Of a stretch of 64,000 nt of DNA, positions 19,032 through 29,463 are shown one piece after another (the first letter of the stretch is position 1; each line of letters starts with the position of its first letter). A model generated the notes under the pieces. The model was not told the origin of the DNA. It saw only the letters and a program-made list of their open reading frames with translations, and ran no database searches. Position numbers and translations under genes: made by a program. The stretch comes from Promethearchaeia archaeon. GTDB lineage: Archaea > Asgardarchaeota > Lokiarchaeia > Sigyniarchaeales > SOKP01. The stretch covers positions 128,001-192,000 of the forward strand of contig JAHQWH010000015.1 of the NCBI GenBank assembly GCA_029856105.1. The letters are read 5' to 3'.

Positions 19032-20963
19032 TTGAAAGTTATGGGAAAAACTATAACTGAAAAAATCTTAGAACAACACTTGGTTGATGGAAAATCAGAA
19101 CGAGGGTCGGATATTAGTATAAAAATAGATCAGACATTAACACAAGATGCTACTGGTACAATGGCATATTTACAATTTGAAGCGATTGGTATTCCACGCA
19201 TTCAAACAGAACTATCGGTTAGTTATGTAGATCACAATACTTTACAAACTGACTATAAAAATCCTGACGATCATAGATATCTACAAAGTATCGCTGCGAA
19301 ATACGGACTTTATTTTTCTAGACCTGGTAATGGCATATGCCACCAACTTCATTTAGAAAGGTTTGCCCAACCTGGAAAAACTTTACTTGGTTCGGATAGT
19401 CACACTCCAACTGGTGGTGGTGTAGGAATGATAGCGATTGGAGCAGGAGGTCTTGACGTTGCAGCGGCAATGGCAGGTGAGGCTTTTCACTTAAAAATGC
19501 CTAATGTTGTTAACGTACATCTTACCGGGAAACTTCCTGATTTTGTATCTGCTAAAGATGTTATATTGGAAGTCTTAAGACGGATTGGCGTTAAAGGAGC
19601 AGTTAATAAAGTATTAGAATATACCGGATCAGGCATTAAGACTCTAAGTGTACCTGAGCGAGGTACAATAACTAATATGGGAACTGAAACGGGAGCTACA
19701 ACATCAATATTTCCCTCTGATGAAATCACAAAAAAATTCTTGATTGCTCAAGAAAGAGGGAATCAATGGATTCATTTAGAACCAGATGAAGATGCTGTAT
19801 ACGATGAAACTATTGAAATTAATCTAAGTGAGCTTGTTCCTCTTGTGGCTTTACCACATAGCCCAGGAAATGTAAAAACCGTCAAGGAAGTTGAAGGTTT
19901 AAAAGTAGATCAAGTTTGCATAGGGAGTTGTACGAACTCATCTTTAAGAGATCTTAAAATTTCTGCTAACATATTAAAAGGAAAAACTGTCAATGAACAT
20001 TCCGTTTTAACAGTCTCACCTGGGTCTCGTCAAGTTGTTGATCATATGATTAAATCTGGCGAGATGGCATATTTAATTGAAGCGGGAGCAAGAATACTCG
20101 AAAACGCATGTGGTCCTTGTATTGGTATGGGGTTGGCGCCAAAAACCGATGCTGTAACCTTAAGAACTTTTAATAGAAACTTTCTTGGAAGATCTGGCAC
20201 AAAAAGCGCTCAAGCTTACCTCGTAAGCCCCGAAACTGCTGCTGTATCTGCAATTACCGGAAAAATCACAGACCCAAGAACATTTGGAGCATTACCAAAA
20301 ATAGATATGCCTAAAAAGTTTATGGTCAACGACAACATGATTATTCCACCAATGGAAGGCAAAGAATCCATTGAAATAGTTAGAGGGCCGAATATCAAAC
20401 CTCTACCAGAATTCAATCCTCTACCAGACAAATTAGAAGGAGAAGTTCTTCTTAAAGTCGAAGATGATATTACTACCGACCATATAATGCCAGCAGGCGC
20501 TAGAATCTTACCTTTGCGGTCAAACATTCCGGAGATAAGCAAGTTTGTGTTTAACCTTGTTGATCCAACATTTCCAGATAGGTCCTTAGAAAAGCAAGGA
20601 GGCTTTATAGTTGGAGGAGATAACTACGGTCAAGGTTCCAGTAGGGAACACGCTGCCATCGCGCCTAAATATCTTGGACTCAAAGCTGTTATAGTGAAAT
20701 CATTTGCCCGAATCCATCTAGCTAACCTCGTTAATTTCGGGATCGTGCCTTTAACATTTGAAAACAAAGAAGATTACGCTAAAGTTGAACAAGGAGATAA
20801 GTTTGAAATCGATCTAACCACAATAGAATCGGGAAAAGTAGCGTTAAAAAACCTTACTAAAGGTATTGAGATACACTTGACTCATTCTTTAAGCGAAACT
20901 GAGCTTAAAGTTTTAAAAGCGGGAGGAAAACTTCCTTTTATTAAGCAAAAACACATTAATTAG
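19032..20963 (+). CDS. acn: Aconitate hydratase (single chain, about 640 aa; likely start ATG 19041)
   Basis: TQDATG, DHN, GICHQ, GSDSHT, IGSCTNSS, CGPCIGMG, TFNRNF, TTDHI, YGQGSSREHAA. Confidence 0.92.
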   Translation: MKVMGKTITEKILEQHLVDGKSERGSDISIKIDQTLTQDATGTMAYLQFEAIGIPRIQTELSVSYVDHNTLQTDYKNPDDHRYLQSIAAKYGLYFSRPGNGICHQLHLERFAQPGKTLLGSDSHTPTGGGVGMIAIGAGGLDVAAAMAGEAFHLKMPNVVNVHLTGKLPDFVSAKDVILEVLRRIGVKGAVNKVLEYTGSGIKTLSVPERGTITNMGTETGATTSIFPSDEITKKFLIAQERGNQWIHLEPDEDAVYDETIEINLSELVPLVALPHSPGNVKTVKEVEGLKVDQVCIGSCTNSSLRDLKISANILKGKTVNEHSVLTVSPGSRQVVDHMIKSGEMAYLIEAGARILENACGPCIGMGLAPKTDAVTLRTFNRNFLGRSGTKSAQAYLVSPETAAVSAITGKITDPRTFGALPKIDMPKKFMVNDNMIIPPMEGKESIEIVRGPNIKPLPEFNPLPDKLEGEVLLKVEDDITTDHIMPAGARILPLRSNIPEISKFVFNLVDPTFPDRSLEKQGGFIVGGDNYGQGSSREHAAIAPKYLGLKAVIVKSFARIHLANLVNFGIVPLTFENKEDYAKVEQGDKFEIDLTTIESGKVALKNLTKGIEIHLTHSLSETELKVLKAGGKLPFIKQKHIN

Positions 20964-21007
20964 ATTAATTTATTTTTTTTAATTATTAATTTTTTTTAGG
21001 TATTATT

Positions 21008-21670
21008 ATGAATAACATTGAAGACGAATATCATAAAATAATTGAATTTTATCCTAATGCAATTATTGAGAAAGAGTGTATTTCTCAAGTAAAAATTCCA
21101 TTAAAAAATAAATTCTTTTTGAAAATCAACTTTAAAAATTACCCAAAAAAACCAAGTATTAATTTAATTAGTGAAGATGACCGCATTTATCGAAAAGTTG
21201 ACAAAATTATCCCCTTATTAAATAGATGGGAAAAAAAAAATCCTCCTTCTATCGTTGATCTCATTAATGAAATTTTAGCTTTCATTAATAGTTTGGAATC
21301 TAAAGAAATAAAAATTAGAAAAGAATTACTAAATGGAATTATCGCGTTATGTAAAAATCAACATCCGAGAGAAATATTAGGACTTCTAAGAATCATTAAT
21401 GGAATCGCGATAGAATATATTTTACCTCCAGGAGCAATTACATCTAAGAGTTCTGGGCTTTTTGTTCCTAGTAGATTGGGTTTTGATTCAACTCTCAATG
21501 GATCTATTCATTCACATCCTTCTGGAAATCCTAACCCTTCAATTGTTGATATTAATAATGTTTTTAAGACAAAAAAATTCAATTTTATTGTCGCTTATCC
21601 GTATAATTTGAGCAGTATAAAATGCTTTAATAATCAAGGACGAGAGATTGAGTTCAGAATACTAAATTAA
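21008..21670 (+). CDS. Fusion of an N-terminal UBC-like (UEV/RWD) domain with a JAB/MPN+ (JAMM) metalloprotease
   Basis: C-half has a complete JAMM motif: E (HPREILGLL) and HSHPSGNPNPSIVD (HxH-x7-S-x2-D). N-half has INFKNYPKKPSI and LNRW...SIVDLINEI, typical of UBC-fold proteins; no HPN/catalytic Cys. Confidence 0.75.
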   Translation: MNNIEDEYHKIIEFYPNAIIEKECISQVKIPLKNKFFLKINFKNYPKKPSINLISEDDRIYRKVDKIIPLLNRWEKKNPPSIVDLINEILAFINSLESKEIKIRKELLNGIIALCKNQHPREILGLLRIINGIAIEYILPPGAITSKSSGLFVPSRLGFDSTLNGSIHSHPSGNPNPSIVDINNVFKTKKFNFIVAYPYNLSSIKCFNNQGREIEFRILN

Positions 21671-21813
21671 AAAAATATTCATTTATGTAAATAATTGGTA
21701 AATTAGAATAATTTTTAATCGCAAAATTGCTTCTATAAAATAATAACTTGTAATTGTTAATTAACAATTATAGAAGTTAAAATATGATTGTAGTTGTTTT
21801 TAATACATAAAGT

Positions 21814-23667
21814 TTGGTGAATTGTATGGAAGAGAAACAGAATAGTTTAAACATTAATCCTTTTCGCTTTAAAGATGTTCCTCTAAGAGATTCTAAATAT
21901 CTGGAATATGAAAAAAGTTCTCAATATCTTACTATGAGAGATGGTGTGAAGATCGCCATCGAATTAGTTTTACCGAAAAATTTATCTCCAGAAGATAAGA
22001 TTTCCATTATTTTATTGCAAACACGATATTGGAGAAATTATACGTTTAGAATACCGTTTAGATGGTTCATGAAAGAAGTTGCTGATACAAAAAGAATGCA
22101 TCAAATGGGAACAAGTCGCGGTTATGGATTTGTGTACGTTGATGTGCGGGGTACAGGAGCTTCGTTTGGTTCTAGACCTTACCCCTGGTTCGACGAAGAA
22201 GTGAAGGACGGTCGAGAAATTATTGATTGGATCGTTAGTCAGCAGTGGTCCAATGGAAATATTGTTACAATGGGGGGATCGTATTTGGGCGGAACAGCGG
22301 AGTATGTAGCGACCTTAAATCATCCTGCTGTGAAAGGAATATCTCCTTTTAGTAATCAATGGGATAATTACACAGAAGTAGCATACCCAGGTGGGGCGTA
22401 TAACCATTTTTTTATTAGAATGTGGGGATTATTGGGTAGAGCATTAGACATGAATAATAGTAGAAAATTCCTCAGCATTTTACCATTAATGTTTTTTCTT
22501 GTTAAAGGCGTTAAACCTGTCGATTCAGATAAAGAAAAGCTCCTTTTAAAGGAAGCTATAAAACAACATTCTTCGAATTTATATGTATTTGAAAATGAGG
22601 ATGTTGTCGTCTATCGAGACGATCATTTAATTAAGCAAAAGGAGGATACAGTTGACACAGTTAGCGTTTGCATGAAAAAAGATCAAATAGAAGAATCGAA
22701 TGTCCCATTTTTTTGTTTGGCAGGATGGTTTGACGGCGCAGCTTCAGATAATATAATTAACCGATTTATGACCTATAAGAACCCAATGAGAGCAGTTATT
22801 GGTGATTGGGATCACGGAGCTAATCGAAGGGCAAACCCTTATTTTCATAAAGACTATAAAGTTATTCCAGAAAAAGAATCGCAACAGAATGCGTGGCTCG
22901 ATTTTTTTGACTTATGCATTTACGGAAAACAGCCATTCTCAGAAAAAGCTCTTTATTATTATACTATGGGAGAGGAAAAATGGAAGACGACAGAAATTTG
23001 GCCTCCACTTGGCCAATCCATGCAAAGATGGTATTTTTCAGATAATAATTCAATGTCTCTGTCTAAACCTCAAAATGAAGAAGGAGAAGATAAATATAGC
23101 GTTGATTTTGAGATGACTTCAGGAAAGGGAAATCGTTGGCATACTCATTATGCACAAAAAATGTTTTACGATAAAAGAGAGAAAGTTGACCAAAAATTAT
23201 TGATATATGATAGTCCACCTATAGAAAAAGATACGGAGATCACGGGATATCCAATTATCACCCTTTATTTAGCATCTACTCACGAAGATGGGGTGATCTT
23301 TGTTTATTTAGAGGATTTGGACGAAAATGGAAAAGTGATGTTTGTTACTGACGGTGAACTGCGCTTTATTCATCGTAAAGTTTCTTCAGAGGAGCCTCCG
23401 TATAAAATCATGGTGCCATATCATTCCTTCAAGCGCAAAGATTCGCTCCCTCTTATACCTAGTGAAGTTGCGGAAATAACTTTTGGACTCTTACCAACTT
23501 CTGTATTAATCCGCAAAGGTCACAAACTCAGGATTGTTATTGCAGGTGCAGATAAAGATACATTTAGGCGTTACCCTGACGAAGGCACGCCTACTATAAC
23601 AATTAAAAGAGAGAACGCTCACGCATCATTTATTGACATTCCCGTTATTGCAAATGAAAACAAATAA
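21814..23667 (+). CDS. CocE/NonD family serine hydrolase (likely start ATG 21826)
   Basis: MRDGVKIA, TRYWR, DVRGTGASFG, GGSYLG nucleophile elbow, GWFD, GDWDH, C-terminal jelly-roll domain. Confidence 0.9.
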   Translation: MVNCMEEKQNSLNINPFRFKDVPLRDSKYLEYEKSSQYLTMRDGVKIAIELVLPKNLSPEDKISIILLQTRYWRNYTFRIPFRWFMKEVADTKRMHQMGTSRGYGFVYVDVRGTGASFGSRPYPWFDEEVKDGREIIDWIVSQQWSNGNIVTMGGSYLGGTAEYVATLNHPAVKGISPFSNQWDNYTEVAYPGGAYNHFFIRMWGLLGRALDMNNSRKFLSILPLMFFLVKGVKPVDSDKEKLLLKEAIKQHSSNLYVFENEDVVVYRDDHLIKQKEDTVDTVSVCMKKDQIEESNVPFFCLAGWFDGAASDNIINRFMTYKNPMRAVIGDWDHGANRRANPYFHKDYKVIPEKESQQNAWLDFFDLCIYGKQPFSEKALYYYTMGEEKWKTTEIWPPLGQSMQRWYFSDNNSMSLSKPQNEEGEDKYSVDFEMTSGKGNRWHTHYAQKMFYDKREKVDQKLLIYDSPPIEKDTEITGYPIITLYLASTHEDGVIFVYLEDLDENGKVMFVTDGELRFIHRKVSSEEPPYKIMVPYHSFKRKDSLPLIPSEVAEITFGLLPTSVLIRKGHKLRIVIAGADKDTFRRYPDEGTPTITIKRENAHASFIDIPVIANENK

Positions 23668-23845
23668 AATTAAATCCTATTATTTTACCACTTACGCCTT
23701 AAAATATAGCTAAACAAAAATTTATCGTTGATGAAAAAACAAGTCAAATCGATATTATTTCCATAAAATAATTAGACAAACTAATAAGAAGAAAGCAATT
23801 TAATTATGCAATTGTTAATATAATTTAATTAGAAGAGGTTAAAAT

Positions 23846-24430
23846 ATGAAAGTAGTTGTGTTTAATGGAAGTCCTAGGCGCGAAGGTGTTACAACTAAGT
23901 GCTTAAATATTGTAATGGACGAATTAAAAGCCACTGGAATTGAAGTTGAATATGTTTGGATTGGTATAGATAAAATCCAAGGTTGTCTCTCGTGTTATAA
24001 ATGCGCCAAGAACAAAGATAAAAGATGTAGCGTCAAAACTGATAAATTAAACGAATACTTAGAAAAGATGCTTAATGCGGATGGTATAATATTAGGGTCA
24101 CCGACATATTTTGCAGATACTGCGACTCGAATGAAAGCGCTTATCGAAAGAGCTGGGCTTGTAAGTAAAGTGAACGGAGATTTATTAAAACATAAAGTAG
24201 GCGCGGCTGTGGTGTCAGTAAGGCGAGCAGGAGCCGCTCATGTTTTTTCTAGTATAAATTATTTTTTTCTAATTAACCAAATGTTTGTAGTTGGTTCAAG
24301 CTATTGGAATTTAGGCGTTAATCCAAATACTACAGATCCAGAAATGATTAAGGAAGACGAAGAAGGTATAGCTACTTTTCAAAATTTAGGTAAAAACATG
24401 GCTTATCTACTCCAAAAACTTAACACCTAA
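23846..24430 (+). CDS. Iron-sulfur flavoprotein (NADPH-dependent FMN reductase family)
   Basis: NGSPR, CxxCxxC-x7-C, LGSPTYF, MKALIER, RRAG. Confidence 0.88.
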   Translation: MKVVVFNGSPRREGVTTKCLNIVMDELKATGIEVEYVWIGIDKIQGCLSCYKCAKNKDKRCSVKTDKLNEYLEKMLNADGIILGSPTYFADTATRMKALIERAGLVSKVNGDLLKHKVGAAVVSVRRAGAAHVFSSINYFFLINQMFVVGSSYWNLGVNPNTTDPEMIKEDEEGIATFQNLGKNMAYLLQKLNT

Positions 24431-24562
24431 TCTATTTTTTTTTTTAGAGCGATCTTTTGTTTAATAAAAAAATACTTTTTAAACCAATATTTATTGTATT
24501 TATATTAGTGTTTTTAAATTATTTATTTTAAAAAGCATCGATATTAGTAAAGCATAAAGCGC

Positions 24563-26938
24563 TTGAAGGAATCTAAAATGAATGAGCGAATAAAAAAACT
24601 ACGAACACAAAGTCGTAGAGCAATTCCGTATCTTTCATTGGAGCGTGCTTTATTAATAACAGAATTTTATAAGAATGGAGCAGCTCATAAATATTCTGCT
24701 CCAGTTGCTAGAGCTAAAGCATTTGAATATATCCTAAAAAATAAGGAAATTTGTTTTAATGACAATGAGCTTATTGTTGGAGAACGCGGTCCGGAGCCAA
24801 AAGCGACTCCTTCTTACCCAGAAGTTTGCTGTCATACGCTAAATGATTTAGAGATATTAGATTCTCGTGAAAAAATATCTTTTAAAGTGCAAGACGAAGT
24901 GTGGCGAAAATCTAAAGATATCGTCATTCCATTTTGGAAAGGAAAAACAATCAGAGAGAAGATCTTTTCTCAAGTCGACCAAGAGTGGATAGATGCCTAT
25001 TCAGCGGGGATTTACACAGAGTTCATGGAACAGAGAGCTCCTGGACATACTGTAGCTGGAAAGAATATTTGGAACATGGGCTTTATGGATTTTAAAAAAC
25101 GAATTCAAATTTCAATCGAGAACTTAGATTTTTACAACGATCCTGATGCGTTTGCTAAAAGAGAGCAATTAAAGGCCATGGATATAGCAGCTAATAGTAT
25201 AATAGCCTATGCTAAGAGACATACTAAAAAGGCTTTAAAATTAGCCGAAAACGAATCTGATCCAATTAAAAAAAAAGAATTAGAAAAAATCGCTGAGATT
25301 TGTTCTCGCGTTCCAGCTCAAGCTCCAAAAACTTTCTGGGAAGCTTTGCAGCATTACTGGTTCATTCATTTAGGCGTTATTACAGAATATAATACCTGGG
25401 ATGCCTTTAATCCCGGACGGCTTGATCAACATTTATACTCTTTTTACAAGAAAGATATATCTGATGGCATTTTGACAAAAGAAGGAGCCGTCGAACTACT
25501 CCAAGCTTTTTGGATTAAATTTAACAACCAACCAGCACCTCCAAAAGTGGGAGTAACTGCCGAAGAAAGCGGTACTTATACAGATTTTTGCAATATTAAT
25601 CTAGGAGGGTTAAAAGAAGATGGTTCTAACGGAGTAAATGAACTTTCTTACGTACTTTTAGATGTAATTGAAGATCTGAGAATACTACAGCCTAGTAGTA
25701 ATGTTCAAATAAGTGAAAAAACTCCAGACGATTTTATTAGAAGAGCCCTTAAGATTATTAAAACAGGTTTTGGTCAACCCTCGGTTTTTAATGCAGACGC
25801 CATTATCCAAGAACTTACGCACCAAGGAAAATCGTTAGTAGATGCTCGAAACGGTGGTGCGAGTGGATGCGTTGAAACGGGAGCTTTTGGAAAAGAAGCA
25901 TACATATTAACAGGATACTTTAATCTTGTGAAAATTCTTGAAGTTACTTTACATAATGGAAATGATCCTTTAACGAGTAAACAAGTTGGATTAAAGACGG
26001 GAGACGCTACCTCTTTTAGAACTTTTGATGAGTTATTAGAAGCGTATACAAAACAAATTAAGCATTTTGTTGACATTAAAATAAAAGGTAATCTAATAAT
26101 AGAGCGGATTTGGGCGCAAAATCCTTCCCCATTTTTATCAATTATTATTGACGATTGCATCATAAATGGAAAAGATTATAACGATGGCGGAGCAAAATAC
26201 AATACATCCTATATTCAAATTGTTGGCATGGGAAGTATAACTGACTGCTTAACCTCTCTAAAATATAATATCTATGACAATAATATTTATACTATGGAGC
26301 AGATGCTCGAAGTGCTTAAAAAAAACTTCGAAGGTTTTGAGGAAATAAGACAAAAACTGATTTATAGAACGCCTAAATATGGGAATGATAAAGATTACGC
26401 CGATCTTATCACCCAACAAATTTTCGAGATTGTTTATAATGCCATTGATGGTCGTCCAAATACTAGAGGAGGAGTCCATAGAATAAATCTACTTCCTACG
26501 ACTGTCCACATCTATTTTGGAATGGTAACTGGTGCCACGCCAGATGGTAGAAAGGCGTTTACACCTTTATCTGAAGGAATTTCCCCAGTCCAAGGGATGG
26601 ATATTAATGGTCCAACCTCAGTAATAAAGTCCGCTGGCAAAATTGACCATCTTCGAACTGGAGGGTCTTTATTAAATCAAAAATTTTCTCCCAAATTCTT
26701 TTCAAGTGAATCAGGAATTAATAATATAGCCCATCTGATACGCTCTTATTTTAAAATGGGGGGTCATCATATTCAGTTTAACGTAGTCTCGGCAAATACC
26801 TTGCGTGCTGCTCAAGAAGATCCAATAAAATATCGTAATCTAATTGTACGCGTTGCTGGTTATAGCGATTATTATATAAACTTAGGAAAAGATTTACAGG
26901 AAGAGATTATTAGAAGAACAGAACATTTTTCTATTTAG
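24563..26938 (+). CDS. hypD: Glycyl radical enzyme, trans-4-hydroxy-L-proline dehydratase (likely start ATG 24578)
   Basis: EFMEQRAPGH, WDAFNPGR, FNNQPAPPKVG, ESGTYTDF, SGCVE Cys loop, ILTGYFN, LPTT, RVAGYS glycyl loop: the HypD-diagnostic set as recalled from C. difficile HypD. Confidence 0.88.
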   Translation: MKESKMNERIKKLRTQSRRAIPYLSLERALLITEFYKNGAAHKYSAPVARAKAFEYILKNKEICFNDNELIVGERGPEPKATPSYPEVCCHTLNDLEILDSREKISFKVQDEVWRKSKDIVIPFWKGKTIREKIFSQVDQEWIDAYSAGIYTEFMEQRAPGHTVAGKNIWNMGFMDFKKRIQISIENLDFYNDPDAFAKREQLKAMDIAANSIIAYAKRHTKKALKLAENESDPIKKKELEKIAEICSRVPAQAPKTFWEALQHYWFIHLGVITEYNTWDAFNPGRLDQHLYSFYKKDISDGILTKEGAVELLQAFWIKFNNQPAPPKVGVTAEESGTYTDFCNINLGGLKEDGSNGVNELSYVLLDVIEDLRILQPSSNVQISEKTPDDFIRRALKIIKTGFGQPSVFNADAIIQELTHQGKSLVDARNGGASGCVETGAFGKEAYILTGYFNLVKILEVTLHNGNDPLTSKQVGLKTGDATSFRTFDELLEAYTKQIKHFVDIKIKGNLIIERIWAQNPSPFLSIIIDDCIINGKDYNDGGAKYNTSYIQIVGMGSITDCLTSLKYNIYDNNIYTMEQMLEVLKKNFEGFEEIRQKLIYRTPKYGNDKDYADLITQQIFEIVYNAIDGRPNTRGGVHRINLLPTTVHIYFGMVTGATPDGRKAFTPLSEGISPVQGMDINGPTSVIKSAGKIDHLRTGGSLLNQKFSPKFFSSESGINNIAHLIRSYFKMGGHHIQFNVVSANTLRAAQEDPIKYRNLIVRVAGYSDYYINLGKDLQEEIIRRTEHFSI

Positions 26939-26968
26939 ACCTAAAACTAAATATGATTTAATGGTTTA

Positions 26969-26992
26969 TTTGTTTGTTTGTTTGTTTGTTTG
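26969..26992 (+). repeat. (TTTG)6 microsatellite in the U-rich terminator region after hypD
   Basis: Six perfect TTTG units between convergent genes. Confidence 0.85.
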
Positions 26993-27131
26993 TTAGTTTT
27001 AAATTTGAAATCATAAAACTAGAAGGATGGGAAAGTTAGAATTAAATATGATACAGAAATCTACTATGGTCAATTAACCTAGGAATTGCAGAAAAAAAAA
27101 AGAACCAAAAAAAATTAAATTAAAGAACTCT

Positions 27132-28268
27132 TTAGCCCACAACTTTCTTAAAAAGTCTTAAGAAGTTTTCACCAGCAAGTTTCTTTATTTCTTGATTGCT
27201 ATAGCCTCTCGAAATTAATCCCTTAATTAGATTAGGAAATTTCTTATATTGGTCGAAACCATCTATTTTTGTTAAAAAACTTGCTTTATCTTCGGGTCGA
27301 AAACCTAACGCGTCCATAAACTCTCCAATCTTAATTGCCAAATTATCAGGTACTGAAAAACCGTAAAAATCGGAGCCAACCCCAACATAATCAATTCCTA
27401 CAAGATTCACTATATAATCGAGGTGATCAAGCCAATCATCTATAGTGGTTGTTGTATTGCTCGTTAAAAATCCCGGAACGGCATACACGCCTATATATCC
27501 ACCTTTTTCTGCAAGAGCTTTAAGAAAATCGTCGTCTTTTCCTCTTGCATGTTCGTATAAATTTTTTGCCGATGTGTGAGAAGCTATAATCGGGTCTTTA
27601 GAATTCTCTAAAGCATCTAATGACGTTTGAGGACCGCAATGAGAGATATCAACAATTGCTCCAAGCTCATTAATCTTGTTAACAACCTCGATACCAAATT
27701 CTGTTAAACCTCTATCTCTTACTGCTATACATCCAGTTCCAACCGCAATTTTTTTGTTATAGGTAAGTTGCATTATTCTGAACCCTTGCATATAATTGAG
27801 CTCAACCATGTTAATATCTTTACCGATATGTTGCATGCTTTGAACATTTAAAATTATACCTTTTTTCCCCTCTTTATGCGCTCTTTCAATATCTGCTCCC
27901 TTTAATACTTTAATAAACAAATCTGGTCGATTATCCAACATATATGTCATATAAGAGAAGTTATGAAAAACACCATCAAAGGAATAAGGTTTTGAATGCA
28001 TAGGTCCAAGCGTCCAACTTACGCAAGTCACTCCAGATTCTTTCCATGCTTCGACATATTTAGAATCGTATTCCTCGTCATTAACCACATTTCTCGCAAA
28101 TTGCAATATTAAAATAGGGATTATATCCCAGGGATTCATCCCTTGAGCTAACATCTTATCATTAGCCTTAATAATGTCATCTGACCATAATAAAGGCCCA
28201 TGACTAAGTGTATCAATAATGATACTTGACTCTAAGATTTCATTTAACCTATTATTTATTTCGTTCAT
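27132..28268 (-). CDS. Membrane dipeptidase (peptidase M19/renal dipeptidase family)
   Basis: MQLTYN, DRGLTEFG, VDISHCG, ASHT, GGYIG, VGIDYVGVGSDF, GENFLR. Confidence 0.85.
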   Translation of the reverse strand: MNEINNRLNEILESSIIIDTLSHGPLLWSDDIIKANDKMLAQGMNPWDIIPILILQFARNVVNDEEYDSKYVEAWKESGVTCVSWTLGPMHSKPYSFDGVFHNFSYMTYMLDNRPDLFIKVLKGADIERAHKEGKKGIILNVQSMQHIGKDINMVELNYMQGFRIMQLTYNKKIAVGTGCIAVRDRGLTEFGIEVVNKINELGAIVDISHCGPQTSLDALENSKDPIIASHTSAKNLYEHARGKDDDFLKALAEKGGYIGVYAVPGFLTSNTTTTIDDWLDHLDYIVNLVGIDYVGVGSDFYGFSVPDNLAIKIGEFMDALGFRPEDKASFLTKIDGFDQYKKFPNLIKGLISRGYSNQEIKKLAGENFLRLFKKVVG

Positions 28269-28416
28269 AATATACCACCTTTGTTTTGCATATTATTTAA
28301 AATTATTATGTAAATATCAAAAAAAATTAATCGGACCTTGATTTTTTGAACCTTTAAAGTTATGAATGTTTTTTAATCCAATTATCTAAGCTTTCAAATT
28401 AAAAAAAATGAAAGAC

Positions 28417-29322
28417 TTAAGAAGTTAAAGCGTTTACAATATCTTCAAAATACTTGAAAATCGTGGAGTAGTGCCCATCGTTTGGATAAAATTTTCCTTC
28501 ACAATTTGGAATTGCTTTACACACACCACGCCCCATAGCAATAGGCACAGCTTCATCCACTTGTCCATGCCATAAATACACTTTAAGTTTTGGAGTTATA
28601 TCTTCAAGGCTAAAACCCCAAGGTTTTGCGTATAATTTCCCTTCGTAAATTACTCCTTTATTTCCTTGACGGAATGCTTCTGCGCTTTCTTTTATAAAAA
28701 GAGGAAGTAATTTAGGATCGTCCATAACTTCCCTATCTGGTTCTGGAAACTTTTTAATAGTTTTCCTCATTTTCTTTTCTGCTTTTTCTAAATCTTTCAA
28801 CCCTCGAGATTGAAAAAATATCATCAATTTAAAAAGCCATGGTATTCTTCGAATAACAAAAGATAATCTGCGAATACTTTTTATTTCTTCTTCTACTTCA
28901 AGATCCATTGGTCCTAAACCGCTAATAATACCACAAGTCGTTAAGCGATCAGGAATTTTATATGCACAGGCTGTAGCATATGGACCTCCCCCCGATATTC
29001 CTTCAATAGCAAATCTTTCTATTCCTAAGGCGTCAGCTAGCTCAACTACATCATCTGACCAATCTAAAATAGTACGGTCTTTTTTGAAATCGGAAAGCCC
29101 CATGCCTGGTCTATCGATTCCAATAAGTCTAATATTATTTTGAATAACTCTATCCGCAAAAATAGCAACTTCTAAACGAGAACCTGGAATACCATGGAAG
29201 TGAAACAATGGTTTTGCTTCTGGATTACCTAAATCCGCGTAACCAAGGTTCCTTCCGTCTTTTAACTTAATAGTTTGATTAACCGCTACCTTTTGTTTTT
29301 TATCGAATTTCTTATATGTCAT
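28417..29322 (-). CDS. Alpha/beta fold hydrolase
   Basis: LKDGRNLGY, HGIPGSR, DRPGMGLSD, GISGGG elbow, WHG..D, GH. Confidence 0.9.
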   Translation of the reverse strand: MTYKKFDKKQKVAVNQTIKLKDGRNLGYADLGNPEAKPLFHFHGIPGSRLEVAIFADRVIQNNIRLIGIDRPGMGLSDFKKDRTILDWSDDVVELADALGIERFAIEGISGGGPYATACAYKIPDRLTTCGIISGLGPMDLEVEEEIKSIRRLSFVIRRIPWLFKLMIFFQSRGLKDLEKAEKKMRKTIKKFPEPDREVMDDPKLLPLFIKESAEAFRQGNKGVIYEGKLYAKPWGFSLEDITPKLKVYLWHGQVDEAVPIAMGRGVCKAIPNCEGKFYPNDGHYSTIFKYFEDIVNALTS

Positions 29323-29463
29323 AACCCTTCAAATTCTTCCTTATAAATTTTATATTGTTTTCATCATTAAGATTTGTAAAACTTAATACTTAACTGAATT
29401 TAGTATTTTCCTTAGAACTGTAAAATTAGATATATTTTTAACTTAAGAAAAGATTTAAGAATT

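Noticed and set aside
24563-26938. Pyruvate formate-lyase
   Set aside because: Lacks the adjacent Cys-Cys pair; has SGCVE and the HypD-specific motifs.
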